DNA of 64,000 nucleotides. Source: Eledone cirrhosa (Eukaryota). The DNA lies in NCBI GenBank assembly GCA_964016885.1, contig OZ024744.1:5890001-5954000 (forward strand), in the 5' to 3' direction. Position numbers and translations under genes: made by a program. Below the pieces are notes generated by a model. That model was not told the DNA's origin. It worked only from the letters and a program-made list of their open reading frames with translations, and made no database searches. Numbering within the stretch: position 1 is the stretch's first letter; every line of letters starts with the position of its first letter. Positions 28,850 to 43,105 of the stretch are shown here, one piece after another.

Positions 28850-29657
28850 TTTGTCTCAGATTTTGATTGTAAACCTAAGAATGTTTAAACTAAACATATA
28901 GTCATTATTTTTTCACACATTATTGATATGTGTCTCATTCATGAATATTGATATTTACATTATAATTCATATGAATTGATAGACTGATGAAACATAATAT
29001 TTTAAAACTATCATTTTTATTTCTAAGTATATCTCCTCTCCTCCTCCCTCTACACTTGACGGGACTTATGTATCGGCTGTTTTAACTCTATCTCCTGTAT
29101 CTCACCCCACCCCTATCTCTCCCACCTCGTATAATAGATATTACTCGATCTACCTCTCCTTATTTATTTTTGTTTTTATTTCTCCCCGTATCCTTAACAC
29201 TAAATAAATAAATAAATAAATAAATAATTACAGTACCCGCTTCCCTCATAAATCTCTCATTTGGTGTTTTTCTCTTTACATACATTTCTTCATCTTCTTC
29301 ACCTTCCGCTCTTTCTTTTTCTTTTTTCTTCCTTCTTTTTCTTTTTTCTCCGTCTTTCTTTCTAACTGTCCTTAACATTTTCACTACCATAACAACTTTT
29401 TAAATGGAAGTTGTAAAATTTTCTAAGGTATGTCAAATTTATTTATAAAACTGTTTATATATTGTATTTTGTCTGAAGAGGGCATACCATATTTTTAATA
29501 TGATATCCCTGAAATATATATAATGAAATAAATATGGTTTTATAAATGTAGTTTCCATTTGTTTAATATCGTAAAATACTCCAAAATCTGTTGAGTGCTT
29601 TTATATCAGTTATAAAATATTTACTCGTTGTAACCCAACAATTTTAAATAAAACTTT

Positions 29658-29660
<3 letters not shown>
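28850..29660 (+). mobile_element. Solo 3' UTR/pLTR of the Naiad family at 2031-5512
   Basis: Homologous to 4820-5512 and to the reverse complement of 1635-1935. Confidence 0.78.
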
Positions 29661-29696
<36 letters not shown>

Positions 29697-29927
29697 CAAA
29701 TGTAATCTGAGTTCTACTAATATCAATGATAATATTCGATTCGTTTGCAATTATGCAAACAAGCCTCAATTTTAAAGCCATGTCAGTAGAATGAACACTT
29801 CATTCTTGCTTCTGTGTTGGCATATAAACAGAACTGCAGACACTAATGTTTCATCAGTACACCTCATTGTTCACCTGCCAAACTGTCAGAGCTAGTGAAA
29901 ATATATGCTATTTTCTACAATACACTA

Positions 29928-30037
29928 TGACTGATCGGCCTGATTAGCATATCATCAGACTGGCTGACCAGTCAGATCTGCATATTAGCAGATCCACTGA
30001 CCAGCCAGATTTGCATATCAGCAGACTGGCCAGTCAG
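29928..30037. repeat. ~33-bp imperfect tandem repeat, about 3 copies
   Basis: ctgaccagtcagatctgcatattagcaga-like units. Confidence 0.7.
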
Positions 30038-30292
30038 TTTCATGTATACGAGCGATAAATGCCGGCTTTGCCAAATTCAAATAACAAACAACTAGTTTAA
30101 CGCTGTACAATGCTGAATATAATAAATGTTTACATTTGTTGTCTGTTGTCCACTGTTCGTTTCACGTGATTGGTAAGTAATTGCTAAACTCTAAGTAACA
30201 ACAGAGTTAGAAGAGAACACGCACACATACACACACATATGCACACACACATACATATACAAACACCAACACATGTATACTCATATATATAC

Positions 30293-30340
<48 letters not shown>

Positions 30341-30349
30341 CAATCACGT

Positions 30350-31115
30350 GAAACTCTTAATGAGGTATCCTCTTGATAAGTCGGCAGACCTCACACAAAT
30401 TCTATATCTCTGTGATGTAGTGTTTTTGCATAATATGCCACGAAACTACGTAGTCGAGGGGTAAAGAAGGAGTTTAGGTATGATATATCTTATTACTAAT
30501 TATATCTAATGTTTCTTCTCTCTTTAAAATGTATTATATAGCTCTGATACTGAATCAATCTAATCCATTAGGATTAATTTCTCCCAGTTATTCATAGAGC
30601 AACATCGGTTGAGGTTGGCACCACTAATTCAAGGATATATGTGGATATATTCATGTATATGTATGTGTCCGCATGTATCTGTGTGTTTCTATATTCTGTT
30701 TATAACTCCCTTCGGTCGAGTAACCTTTGAAGTGTAGTGACTGCTGGAAAGCTACAATTACTCATACTTCTCGCCACCTTAGCCACCTCTTCTACGGCTT
30801 TGATATAAGTACCTCCTCCGCCTACGTGGTATTTTTTTCATGGTTATAAGAGGCTTAGCTCTGTTTCTTGACCGCTGTATCATGTGATTGACTCCCCCTC
30901 CGCCTTTCGAGATTCTATCTCGCGTCCTACGGACGTGCTTTGAAAGTCTTAATGAGTTATCCTCTTGATAAGTCAGCAGACTTCACAAAAATTCTATATC
31001 ACTGTGATGTAGTGTTTTTGCAAATATGCCACTAAACTACGTAGTCGAGGAGTAAAGAAGGAGTTTAGATATGATATATCTTATTATTAATTATATCTAA
31101 TGTTTCTTCTCTTTT
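30350..31115 (+). mobile_element. Non-coding element bounded by ~175-bp direct repeats, each with an HHR (retrozyme-like)
   Basis: Repeats 30350-30525 / 30943-31115; CCTC-TTGATAA-GTCGGCA..TGCCAC-GAAACTACGTAGTC-GAGG; no ORF between; flanked by (TA)n. Confidence 0.75.
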
Positions 31116-31995
31116 CATAATATATATATATATAAAATATGTGTGTGTGTACGTGTATGTATGTATGTGTGTGTGTGTGTTTGCGTGTGTTTCAATCTGC
31201 GTGTGTGAATGTGTTTATATCTGTGAAATAGAGGACATTTCGACAGAAACAGTTCTGATTTTCACCAGACCCATGGTTTTACAATCAATCATGATGTCAG
31301 GGTTGTGTCACGTGCACACAGAAAACTAAACAGCCATTAATTTGCATGGCATTCTCTATCGATTTGTTTTCACTGATTAATGAGAGGAAGTGATAGTGAG
31401 AAGGTATAATGGACATTTTATAATGGAAACATAAATGTTATGGACATGCTGGATCTCCATTCTAAAAAAGAATTAACCCTTTTCTATGTTTTAGGGTATA
31501 AGTGGTGACACAACCACACAAGTTAAATAATGAGGGGATCAAAAAGTTGAGGGCCTTCTTTTCGGCGGCATTATTTCAAGTCCCGCATGGCGTCTCACTG
31601 ATATGTGGTCCTAGAAGATAGATAAGGGATTCTCAATTAGGAAACACTTGGCTCCAAGGAGAAGGACCTTAGCTTAAGGATGAATTGCGTGAAGGTGTTA
31701 GGTCAGGAATGTACACTGAAAAAGGAATACTCTATAATTTATATATATATCAAATGAAATAAAATACCAATATACCTAACTATAAATGTGATCACTAATT
31801 AACAGCCCCCCCCCCCCCACACACACACACACACTCTTACTTCAGATGTAATCCCGTTTGGGACGATTTGTTATTTGAAGTTATTTGTAGTTTGAAAAGC
31901 CTCCTTTTGGTGCTCAGATGAAATATTGGTACATGACAATTAAAAAGATGGGAGATAACAAAAAATCATCAAAAGGAAAACAGAGTCATGATATA

Positions 31996-32052
<57 letters not shown>

Positions 32053-32055
<3 letters not shown>

Positions 32056-32620
32056 TAAGTTATTCCGGGTTGAATCGGAGGTAACCACAGTAAGTAAGGT
32101 ACTCAATACATAGCAGAGTATAAATGTTTTAATATAGATGAGATTCTACAGGACTAGAACTGTTTCATTCTTTAGAAATCATCAGGAATCTGGCTGTCCA
32201 AAATAAATGTTGTGGTATTTATATCTTTTCAGGTGGTAGGAGAGGTGGGGAGTGGGATGGGTGGAGGTCATTGGTTGAAAGAAAAGGGAATTCATTAAAA
32301 GCTAATTCTTTAAGGCTATAATTTATATTTAGAGTAACAAAGGCAGAAAAAATTCTATAAACAAGTTCAAATTGGGGTGCCACTCCTTATTTTTAAGTTT
32401 CTCTTAAGCTAACAATGCCTATATTTCAGGTGTCTATAAGATGGTTGGGGGTCGGTCATGGTTGATGGATTTAAGGAAAAGGGAAATTCTTTAAAAGCTA
32501 ATTCTTTAAAGCTCTACTTAGAGTGACAAAGGCCAAGAAAATTCTATAAACCAGTTCAAAATATTGGGTGCCTATCATTATTGTCATGTTTCTCTTAAGC
32601 TAAATTCCAGGTGTCAACAG
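32053..32620 (-). mobile_element. Solo pLTR with an internal ~200-bp duplication
   Basis: Homologous to 25450-25800; aaaagctaattcttta..gacaaagg block repeated at ~32297 and ~32493. Confidence 0.75.
32141..32191 (-). ncRNA. Type I hammerhead ribozyme
   Basis: AGATTC-CTGATGA-tTTC taaa GAAt-GAA-ACAG ttctagtc CTGT-A-GAATCT (GUA site). Confidence 0.8.
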
Positions 32621-32642
32621 ACACATTCACATACACACACAC

Positions 32643-32689
<47 letters not shown>

Positions 32690-32744
32690 CAATCTCGGGA
32701 ATTTTACCCGCCTTAGATAGATATATACATATACATATATATAC

Positions 32745-32881
<137 letters not shown>

Positions 32882-32889
32882 TACACACA

Positions 32890-33225
32890 TATGCTTTTGC
32901 TAATAACCCCCATGTCTGACCGGGAGGGGGCTATCAGTCTGACCGGCAGGTTAGACTCGAAGTTTGGTTTGTGGTCGTTAATGGTAATCCTCGGCTCCCT
33001 TGGTTAGTATGGGGTCGTCCTATCATCTATACCAAGACCAGATACGATCTCATAAGCCTTGATGTTGATATCCTCCAGAGTAGCCTCGGGCGTTTTTTTG
33101 TAGCTTTTTCTCAATTCCCTGGGGATTAGCTCATGGTAAAGTTGAACGTCCATGCTGTAAAGGTTGTTGGTTTTGTCGGACGAGTATTCCTGTAGATTCC
33201 TTAAGCTCGTTAGTTTTCGCTTCAA
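32890..33225 (-). pseudogene. Naiad-like RT N-terminal fragment
   Basis: [38 protein letters not shown]. Confidence 0.8.
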
Positions 33226-33273
33226 TTAATTTCCGGTTGGTTGGTTCGATAACCGGATAGTTGTTTATATATT

Positions 33274-33316
33274 GTCAAAGCTCTTTCGTCACACATTCTG
33301 CGACCTCTTCAGTGAC
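33274..33316 (-). ncRNA. Type I hammerhead ribozyme
   Basis: GTCA-CTGAAGA-gGTCGCA gaatg TGTGAC-GAAAG AG CTT-TGAC; second copy at 60293-60335(-) with compatible stem II changes. Confidence 0.78.
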
Positions 33317-33399
33317 TGATTTCTAATTGTGTGCCTCACCTTTGTTCTGTCTTACACCATCTTGTTTTTGTATGTTGTATTCAGAAGAGATCGGAGAAC

Positions 33400-34215
33400 A
33401 AGTCTGGCATATTTACGTAAAACTCGTAGAGCAGACCATCCAAACCGTGTGACTTGTGCCTCGTGTAGTTGACTAAGGCATTCCAAATCTCGGCTTAAGT
33501 TATTGGTCTTTCACAGTCCTCAGCATCGGCTGGCAAAAGACGCGGTAGGCGCTCGAGATAAGAACTGAAATCTGCTACCGTCTCAGGCTCTACGCTGCCC
33601 CCAAACAGCTGTGCAAAGCGTTGGCGAAAGGTCTCACACACTGCACCTCCGCTATTCGGGCCCATCGATCAGCTTTGGTTCCCTCGTTTCTCAGAGCACG
33701 CGTCTTAGTTCTGACAATGCAACTTTTGTGTTTTGCATAGAAGAAATGGTCTAATGCCATTCTCGCCGCTAGCACAGCAGTTGCAATGCTACTACCAATA
33801 GCCTCGTCTAACTTATCTACCAACTCCCCCTCCTTTCTATTTTTCTCTAACACTACTTCTTATCAAAATTACTCTAATCTCTTTTTTTAGTTTTTGAGAG
33901 ACCCCACCATCTGTTGTTGACGATCCTCCCTGTCAACCTTTGCTTAACTAAATTGTTGACCTGGTCTCTGTAAGCTTTACGTGCCAGAAATGACATGTTC
34001 AGCTTCCAGTAACCAGGTACTAACCTACGCGTCTTATCTGGGTTGACCATACAGATTACAAATTTGTGATCTGAATAAATGACCGTTTGAAAATCCTATT
34101 CATATACGATCTAGATGACACTATGGTTGGTCCAGGTCCACACTGGCGCATTAGGGAAATCTAGTCGGTACCTATCAGACAGTTAGGACTGCTGATCAGG
34201 TAATTGAGGATTTTT
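33400..34215 (-). pseudogene. L1/Tx1-like LINE ORF2 fragment (end of APE endonuclease and linker)
   Basis: Minus strand reads D.P..PVWTWTN, SDHKFV, PGYWKLN, ..TRHKSHGLDGL. Confidence 0.65.
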
Positions 34216-34229
34216 CCGTTGCTGTTGAT

Positions 34230-36169
34230 AGCTTCGTCCAGCTGATTTTATATTCCATGTTTGCATCTCTGAGTTGCCAGATTTTATTGGCGAGAGTTCT
34301 TGTATTTATGAGCTTCCTGTTATTCATAGAGTGTCTATGGTACATTACTTTTAGCTAAAAACCTAAATAATCAAAACTTAGAAAGATTACGGAAAAAGAT
34401 TAGAAAATTATTTAATAAATTGTGCCTTAACATCACTTTTGAACTCAACTCTAAAAAAGCTAACTTCTTAGATGTATCGCTCAACCTTAACTCAGGACTA
34501 ATAGAACCCTTCCATAAAAATAATGAAAATTTAGCTTACATTAATTATAACTCTAATCACCCTCGATCCATAATTAACTCCATAGCACATAGTATATCCC
34601 TTAGAATCTCACGCCTATCTTCTATTCTAGAGATTTTTAACGAACACGCTAACTACTACAACATAACTTTACTTAAGGCAGGCCATAAAGAGAGACTCAA
34701 ATACATACCAGATACAAAAAATAACAACACACTTAATAGAAATAACACTATCCACACCTATAGAAGCAACAAATCTAGGACTAAACATAGAAATTGGCAA
34801 CAAGCACGTGAATTAATTGAACAGAATATTAATATAAAGACCACTAATAACTATAGAAGATGCAGAGATAGAAAGTACTTATGGTTCAATCCAATATTTA
34901 ACTCCTCTATAAAAACAAAACTACCTTATACTTTCTTCAAATTAGTTAACAAACACTTCTCTAAACTTCATAAAATCATAAAATCATAAAATCTTTAATA
35001 GAAAAACTATCAAACTATCATACTCCACTGCCAACAACATAGAATCGCATATACATAAAATTAACTATAAAAGAATTTATAATGCAAGTAGCCCGCAAAT
35101 AAGTACCATAACACCAAATATAAAACATAAGTATATAACATCATCACAACGAAACACACGCCAGAACACATCACCACAATACATCAACAAACCCAATTTT
35201 TAGCCCATACATAACAATTTGCAAAACCGTATAGAAGAACCGGCACATAGGAAGGCATCTAAATGTAACTGTCATCTACCTGACAATTGCCCATTACAAA
35301 ATAGATGCCTAGAGTCAAATGTAGTGTACTTATGTACTATAAATTCAGGCAGCTTAGCATGGCACTACATAGGATCTACAGCTGGAGAGTTTAAGAAAAG
35401 GTAGTATGTCCATAGACACTCTATGAATAACAGGAAGCTCATAAATACAACTCTCGCCAATAAAATCTGGCAACCCAGAGATGCAAACATGGAATATAAA
35501 ATCAGCTGGACGAAGCTATCAACGGCCTATCGAATTGGCATATCCCACTGTGGTCTTTGTAATGTGGAACTTTTCCAAATTTTAAATTACAACAAAATGC
35601 TACTTAACAGTAAAATTGAAAAAACTATTTACTGTAGGCATAAAACGGCGACCAAATTTGAGAACTTTAGACCAGCTTAATTCATCTAATCTATTCCATA
35701 ACCCAAATTGTACCATTTAGATCTATTATAATAGCACACCATCATCAGTTTTGTTATAATTGTCATCATCTATCAATGAAGCAACATCAAAACCTCTTAT
35801 ATTTACATTCATATTTTATGTATCTCTATCTTTCACTTTCTATCTCTCTATTTTTCTACCTAAATTTATTCCATCTCTGGCATTTTATTTTATCTTATCA
35901 TACCATTTTCACTTCTAATATAACTTACAACTAATTAATCAAATGATTAATTAATTTTATAATTAATTTATTAAAATAATCAATACACACATAAATATAT
36001 TTAACATTATCATATTTATACCTTCGTATCTCTCTATATGTTAACCACTTTCAATAATCTTAATATGTTTAAATTTCTTCGCACATTTTTACTTATTTAT
36101 TTTCATGTTTTCATATTTCATATTTTGTATCATTTTGTACCATTTTATATCATCCTCGATGTAATTTGT

Positions 36170-36201
<32 letters not shown>

Positions 36202-36910
36202 ATTTATTTATGTATTAGCATTTATTCATTTATTGTTGATATTATTTTCCCTCTATTTCTCTTTTTCTCTTACGTTATTTCTCCTTTATCCTTTTCTCTC
36301 CTCCTTTCTCTACATCTTTTTTTCTGTTTATATCTTTCTCCGTTTCCATTTCTCGTTTTTCTCTTTCTTTTTCTTTTTCTTTTTCTTTTTCTTTTTCTTT
36401 TTCTTTTTCTTTTTCTTTTTCTTTTTCTTTTTCTTTTTCATTTTCATTTTTCTTTCTTTCTTTCCTTTATCTCTCTCTCTTTCTTTCTTTTTTCTCTCTC
36501 TATCTTTATTATTAATATTATTATTGATGGTGTAATTTGAATTTGTAGATTTGCCGGTTATATATTTTTTGTAATAGTCTCTGATGTTCTGATTGAGCTA
36601 ACATCGTATTTAAAATTGAGTGGCACAGCTTCTAGTGTTCAGCAATTTTTAGACAACTTAATCAGAGAAACAATTGTTAGACTGTAAAAAAATTCCCCGT
36701 TTTTGTACTGTTGACTATGTTATTCTTCACTCTTTCAATATTATTACTCCAAGATAAACTTACATAGGAATACAAGTTAAATCATAAACTCGCCATCTAC
36801 GTAAACCTCTTGTCGAGTCAAACAACGCCGTACCTAAAACTATCCATAATAAGAAGTATTCACAACCTCTAACTGGATTACCTATAACGATATTTTGTTA
36901 TCCCATATAT
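34230..36910 (+). mobile_element. 5'-truncated Naiad-like PLE (coding ~34345-35680) with a short 5' inversion (34230-34340) and 3' pLTR
   Basis: FLDVSLNL, SNHP, WFNP, CNC..CPL..CL, VVY..YIG, CGLC; 34243-34340 is the reverse complement of ~35410-35505. Confidence 0.88.
36574..36685 (+). ncRNA. Type I HHR with ~60-nt loop 2 (A9 mutated)
   Basis: ATAGTCT-CTGATGT-TCTGATTGAG..CTTAATCAGA-GAAAC AATT GTT-AGACTGT. Confidence 0.7.
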
Positions 36911-37064
36911 CTATATATATATAAATATAATTCAGCGAGAATCGTATTTCGGCTGGTAGAAAAAGCGAAACGAAACGCAAAATCGTAGAAATGCTGGCAT
37001 ATAATACAAATAGTGAAAACAATGAAATAAAAAAAAATACGGGTAATTCATATAAAACTAAATA

Positions 37065-37199
37065 ATTATTTCTGAAGACGGCCGGTAGGGAAGACGTATG
37101 TATATTTTCTTACTTTGATAATTTGTAATATATTTTACATAGATCACCAATAGAATGAATATGCGGAGAACTACCCCCCAGAAACGATCGTAAAATAAT
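37065..37199 (+). ncRNA. Type I HHR with ~100-nt stem II region, in a solo pLTR (36930-37400, 5' part inverted)
   Basis: ATTATTT-CTGAAGA...GGTAG..CTACC..-GAAACGATCGTA-AAATAAT. Confidence 0.75.
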
Positions 37200-37393
37200 G
37201 AGTTTTACTATGAAATACCCGTATTTTGTTTAATATTATTGTTTTCACTATTTGTATTATTTTTACTCTGCTTCCAATGAATTATATCGTTGAAATTTTG
37301 TATTTTAAACTTTGCTTCACGATATCTTCTACATACGGATTACATTGAGTTCTTCATACGGCTTGGACCCTTCCATTAATTGGTCGATTTATC

Positions 37394-37435
<42 letters not shown>

Positions 37436-39389
37436 GACAGGGGGGAAGAAAAAATGGCTTCACTTGTGCTTTCAACAAATTTATTTTCTTCACAAAATCC
37501 AAAAAGAATTTTTCTTAAAAAAAATTATTTTATAAATTAAGTTGTTGGTTGTTGGTTAGGTCTTAGGAGTTCTTGGTTAACGTAGGAGGTATTGTTTCGT
37601 TTTTAGAAAGACCTTTCACGCTGAGGTGCGCTTGTCAAACTGATGTGTATGTGGTGTGTTGTTCTATATATAGGGATTTAACATGTCTGTGGTGTGGTAG
37701 GGGTTTCTTTTCATACATCATACATCGAAGCACCAAAACCGACAGACTTAAAATTACGCCCCATTATTGCTGGCCCAGCCTCAAGCACACAACGTCTAAG
37801 CAACCTATTAGACATCATACTCAAACCCCTATGTAAAAAAGTTCCAAGCTACATCAGAGATGATATGGAATTCCTTAACTATATCCCCCAAAAAGTACAC
37901 CAGGATACAATCCTAGTCAGTTTTGATGTAATAAGCCTGTACACTAACATCCCACACGACCTAGGGATTGAAGCTGTGGACTTCTGGATTACAAAACACT
38001 CAAGTCACATTTCAGAAAGATTCCCCAAAGAATTCATCTTGGAAGGACTTAAATTAGTATTGGAAAACAACCACTTCCTCTTTGACAACGAACTTTATCT
38101 ACAAATAAAAGGAACAGCCATGGGTACCAAAGTGGCCCCTACATATGCAACGCTCGTTATGGGTCACTTAGAGGCAAAATTATATTCCCAACTACAGATA
38201 ACATTCAGTCACGACTTCGCCTTCTACATTAATAAAAACTGGAAACGTTACCTAGATGACTGCTTCATCTTCTGGAACAGAAGCCAAACAGACCTACAAA
38301 AATTTTATTCGATCCTAAACAGGCTTCATGAAGCTATACATTTCACTATGGAATGTAACGAAAAGGAACTGCCCTTTCTAGATATCCTCATCATTAAAGA
38401 AGGGGAAAATATCATAACGGACCTATTTTGCAAACCCACTGACACACACACCAATACTTAAATTTCCGGTCAGCATACCCCTCACATACGAAAAGGAACA
38501 TTCCCTTCAACATGGCAAGGCGCATCTGCACTATAGCAACACACCCCGTACTACAAGAAAAAAGATTATGTGACCTGAAAAAATTCCTTAAAAAACAAGA
38601 ATACCCGATGAAACTCATCAACGCAGCCATCTCCAAGGCTAAGAACATCCCAATAACAACACTGAGAAAACCAAACCCACAACATAAAAAAGAAAACCCT
38701 GCTATCTCTTTTGTCATCACTCACAACCCAGGAAACATCAACATTGTGAAAACTGCTAAGCAGTATCTCCCGATTCTACAGCAATCTACCAAAATGAATG
38801 GACTCTTAAAAAACACACAGATAATTTATAGCAGACGCCAAGCACCCAACCTTAAAAAACTAATTACCAAGGCAAAATTTACGACCAACATGGAATCAAT
38901 GCAAGTGACGAAATGCGGGGACCCTAGATGTGGAACCTGTGAACTCATCGAAGAGGGCAAACAGTTGTCATTCAAAAACCATGATAATTTCAAGGTCAAT
39001 GCTAACATGAACTGCAAAACGAAAAACCTAATATATTGCGCAACATGTCCACAGTGTAAAGAGTATTAAATTGGGGAAACCGGACGGGATTACATGATAG
39101 AGTCCGGGTACATAAACAACAGATTAAAGACCCCACAGTCAGAAATACCACATGTAGCCACACTTTGCATCATGCGGGAAGGGAAAATTCACAATCTTCC
39201 CTTTCTTCAAGATATGGTCGGATAACGAACATTTCCGCAGATATAAAGAAGAATTCTTCATTGAAAAATTTAAACCACTACTGAACACGAAAAAATGAAT
39301 TAACACTCGTAGGTAAAATTCCATTTCACTACCCCCCCCCCTCTTCTTATGTATACACATGAATATCTGAGTGAACGGTGAGACACACA

Positions 39390-39551
39390 CATATATGTGT
39401 GTAGGGATGTATGGATGTATGTACGTGTGGGTATATATGTATGTGGGTGGGTGTATGTGTGTGTGTGTGTATGTGTGTGTGTATATATATACATATATGT
39501 ATGGATGTGTGTATGTTTGTGTGTGTATATATATATGTATATATATGTGTA

Positions 39552-39609
<58 letters not shown>

Positions 39610-39939
39610 CATATATGTGTATATGTACATGTATGTATGTGTATGTTTGTATATATGTGTGTGTATATGTGTGTGTGTATATATATATATATATGTATAT
39701 ATATGGATAGATATGTATGTTTATGTGTGTGTGTATGTATGTGTATGTACCTATATATATGTGTGTGTGTATGTATGTGCATATATGTACATGTGTGTAC
39801 ATGTGTGTATGTTTCTGTTTGTGTATATGTATGTATGTATGTAGATGTATGTGTGTATATGTATGTATATGTATATGTATGTGTATGTGTATATGTGTCT
39901 TTATGTGCTCGTGTATACGCACACATATGTATATGTATA

Positions 39940-40018
<79 letters not shown>

Positions 40019-40052
40019 ATGTGTGTATGTATGTATATGTGTGTATGTGTAT

Positions 40053-40093
<41 letters not shown>

Positions 40094-40302
40094 CATATGT
40101 ATGTGTGTATATATATGTATATGGATATGTATGTATGTGTATATGTATGTGTATATGTGTGTATGTGTCTGTATGCATTTATGTGTACATATGTGTATAT
40201 GTATGTGTATGTATGTGTGTGTATGTATATATATGTATGTGTGTATATATATATATACTTTGTGCGTTATGGTCCACCTGGTTCCTTACCACATTTCCTT
40301 CG

Positions 40303-40398
<96 letters not shown>

Positions 40399-40699
40399 GT
40401 ATGCCTCTCTCTTTATATGTGTATATATATATAGATGTATGTGGGTATGTGTATGTATGCATGTATGGGTGAACCCAGGGGTATATATACGGACATATGT
40501 ATATGTGTGTGTGTCTGCGCGTGTGTGTGTACACACGTGCGTGTGTGCGTCTGTGTGTGTGTGTGTATGTGTGCGTGTATGTGTGTATATATGTATATTT
40601 AGTTATGTATCTTTATGTGTGTATATGTATGTATGTGTATGTAGGTATATGTATGTATATATGTATATATATATATATTTAGATATGTGTGTGTGTGTA

Positions 40700-40778
<79 letters not shown>

Positions 40779-41072
40779 GTGTATATGTGTGTGTATGTGT
40801 ATATGTATGTATATATATTTATATATATGTATATGTATGTATGTATATGTGTATGTATGTGTGTATATATGTGTATATATATATATATACCCATGTGGAG
40901 GTATGTGTACATATTCGTGTGTGTACGTATGTGTATGTGTGTTTTTATATGTGTCTCTATATGTTTTTGTGTATGTATTTGTACAGGGATGTGTGTTTGA
41001 TGGTGTGTGCCTATATGTTCCTACATATGCCCGTGTGTGTATGTTCATATATGCACACATATATATGTGTGT
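39390..41072. repeat. 1.7-kb degenerate (TA)/(TG) microsatellite field
   Basis: Directly visible. Confidence 0.95.
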
Positions 41073-41429
41073 GTTGAACAAAGGACTAACTTTGGGATGG
41101 ACGTAGAAAGATTCTTCAGGAAAAAAAGGAAAAAAATAATTATTCACAAGCTTGACAGGTGCGATTTGCCTGTGACCATTCTCAACACAAAAGCGATGCT
41201 AAAAGCTTTTTCACCTGAATAAAGGAATTTTTCGAGAATGACCGGGGCAGGCCGCACTTGATAAGTTTCTCCCCACCCAACCCTACTCACCGTCTCAACT
41301 CATTACTGCTATGAACACTTTTTCAACACACCTACACCCATGCACTTATTAAAGGGGGAGAAAAGAAACCCCTACCACACCACAGACATGTTAAATCCCT
41401 ATATATAGAACAACACACCACATACACTT

Positions 41430-41468
41430 CAGTTTGACAAGCGCACCTCAGCGTGAAAGGTCTTTCTA
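41430..41468 (+). ncRNA. Type I HHR, U3-A8 core variant (inverted copy at 37604-37642)
   Basis: TTGACAA-GCGC acctca GCGT-GAAAG GT CTT; stem I weak. Confidence 0.65.
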
Positions 41469-41947
41469 AAAACGAAACAATACCTCCTACGTTAACCAAG
41501 AACTCCTAAGACCTAACCAACAACCAACAACTTAATTTATAAAATAATTTTTTTTATGAAAAATTCTTTTTGGATTTTGTGAAGAAAATAAATTTGTTGA
41601 AAGCACAAGTGAAGCCATTTTTTCTTCTCCCCTGTCTTAATATACCTAACTGTACCAAGGATTACACACATTTTCCAATATATATTTATATATATAATAT
41701 TGTTCTATATTATACTTAATATACTATAATATACTTTTATATTTGTGCATATTCCCTCTAGCCTCTTGCTCTTGTAAAAACCACTTATTTGGCATTTATG
41801 TTAAACGAAATACATGTTTAAACAAAGCTGAACACACACACCAAACGCACACACACGCACACACACACACGCATACACACGCACACACAAGCACACACAC
41901 ACGCACCTATATGTGTATATATGCATATGAGTATGTATATATATATA

Positions 41948-43061
41948 TAAGAATTAAAATACTAGAGTGTGTTTGAGTTAAACACCCTCTTCATATTATA
42001 GAAATGACAGTATAAGATATAGCTCAATGTAATTAAACAGAGCCGAAGAATTATAAAAAATAAACCAAAGAAGCCTTCAATACATCAAAAGTCTTTATTA
42101 GCCAACAATCTCATCAGGGCAAGTAAAGATACAAGAAGCACTATCGGCCAATACAAGCCCAAAACTCAGAAGAATATGGAGTATACATCTATTAAAGCTA
42201 CCAAGGAAAAGTTGGCTAAGGTTAAGAGTGAGCAGTTACAAACAGATATCTTAAACTTATACGATTTTGATGACTTAAACACTAGCCAATTTTGAAGTGA
42301 CTAAATATGTATTTTAAATACTTTTAATATTAATTAATTTAAAAAGGTTTTCTAGTCAATTCTCCGGTTTACATTTCTATCTTTCTTTCTTTTACTTAAC
42401 TGCTTGTGACACCTAAGTAAATATACTTGTTTTTGTTTTTCGATCTTCGGTTTATTTATTTTTTTTTTTTTTACTACCACACGCTGTCTGTCTGAATCAT
42501 GTAACTTCATTAATATATGTCTGTGTATGTCAACCACGTAAATATATATATTAAGCATTTCCTTAGACTCTGTTTTGCTATTTGATATTAACGTTGTTAT
42601 ATCATATCATTTTTATGTAATCGTATTATAGATTTTAATATATGTCTGTTATTTGATGTACTGTTCTGTTATATTTTGTAATATTTTGTGATATTTTGGT
42701 AATATTTATGCCAATGTAAAATGACTTGACCTCCGTGTATTTGTTGCAATGGTATAGATATTTTTTCAACACAATTTTTTCAACACAATTTAGTTCTATA
42801 TGGTTTTTTTATTACCCTGTGTAAAACTTTATACTATTTGTTAACCTTGAATTATATGTATGATGTAATTTTTTATATCTTTTGATGCCAATATATTATA
42901 ATATTGTTATTATAATGTTTTTATATTGTTTATGCACACTGACAGGCAATTATATATTATATTTTATTTTTATTTTTATCTTTATTATATTATACTGTAA
43001 ACAATATATATATATATATTTAAATACTTAATAAGTGTTAGTTTGTGTTTGTACTAATGTG

Positions 43062-43105
<44 letters not shown>

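Larger units (their letters stand above)
37430..41690 (+). mobile_element. 5'-truncated Neptune-like PLE: inverted pLTR 37430-37706, RT-GIY-YIG 37707-39298, microsatellite-expanded UTR, pLTR 41070-41690
   Basis: RPIIAG, FDVISLY, GTAMG, RYLDD, CGDPRCGTC, NLIYCATCPQC; 37432-37700 is the reverse complement of ~41375-41642. Confidence 0.9.

Noticed and set aside
36038-36535. Phe-rich 165-aa membrane-like ORF (also 5003-5302 and 21350-21919)
   Set aside because: T-rich PLE 3' UTR and (CTTTTT)n low-complexity sequence
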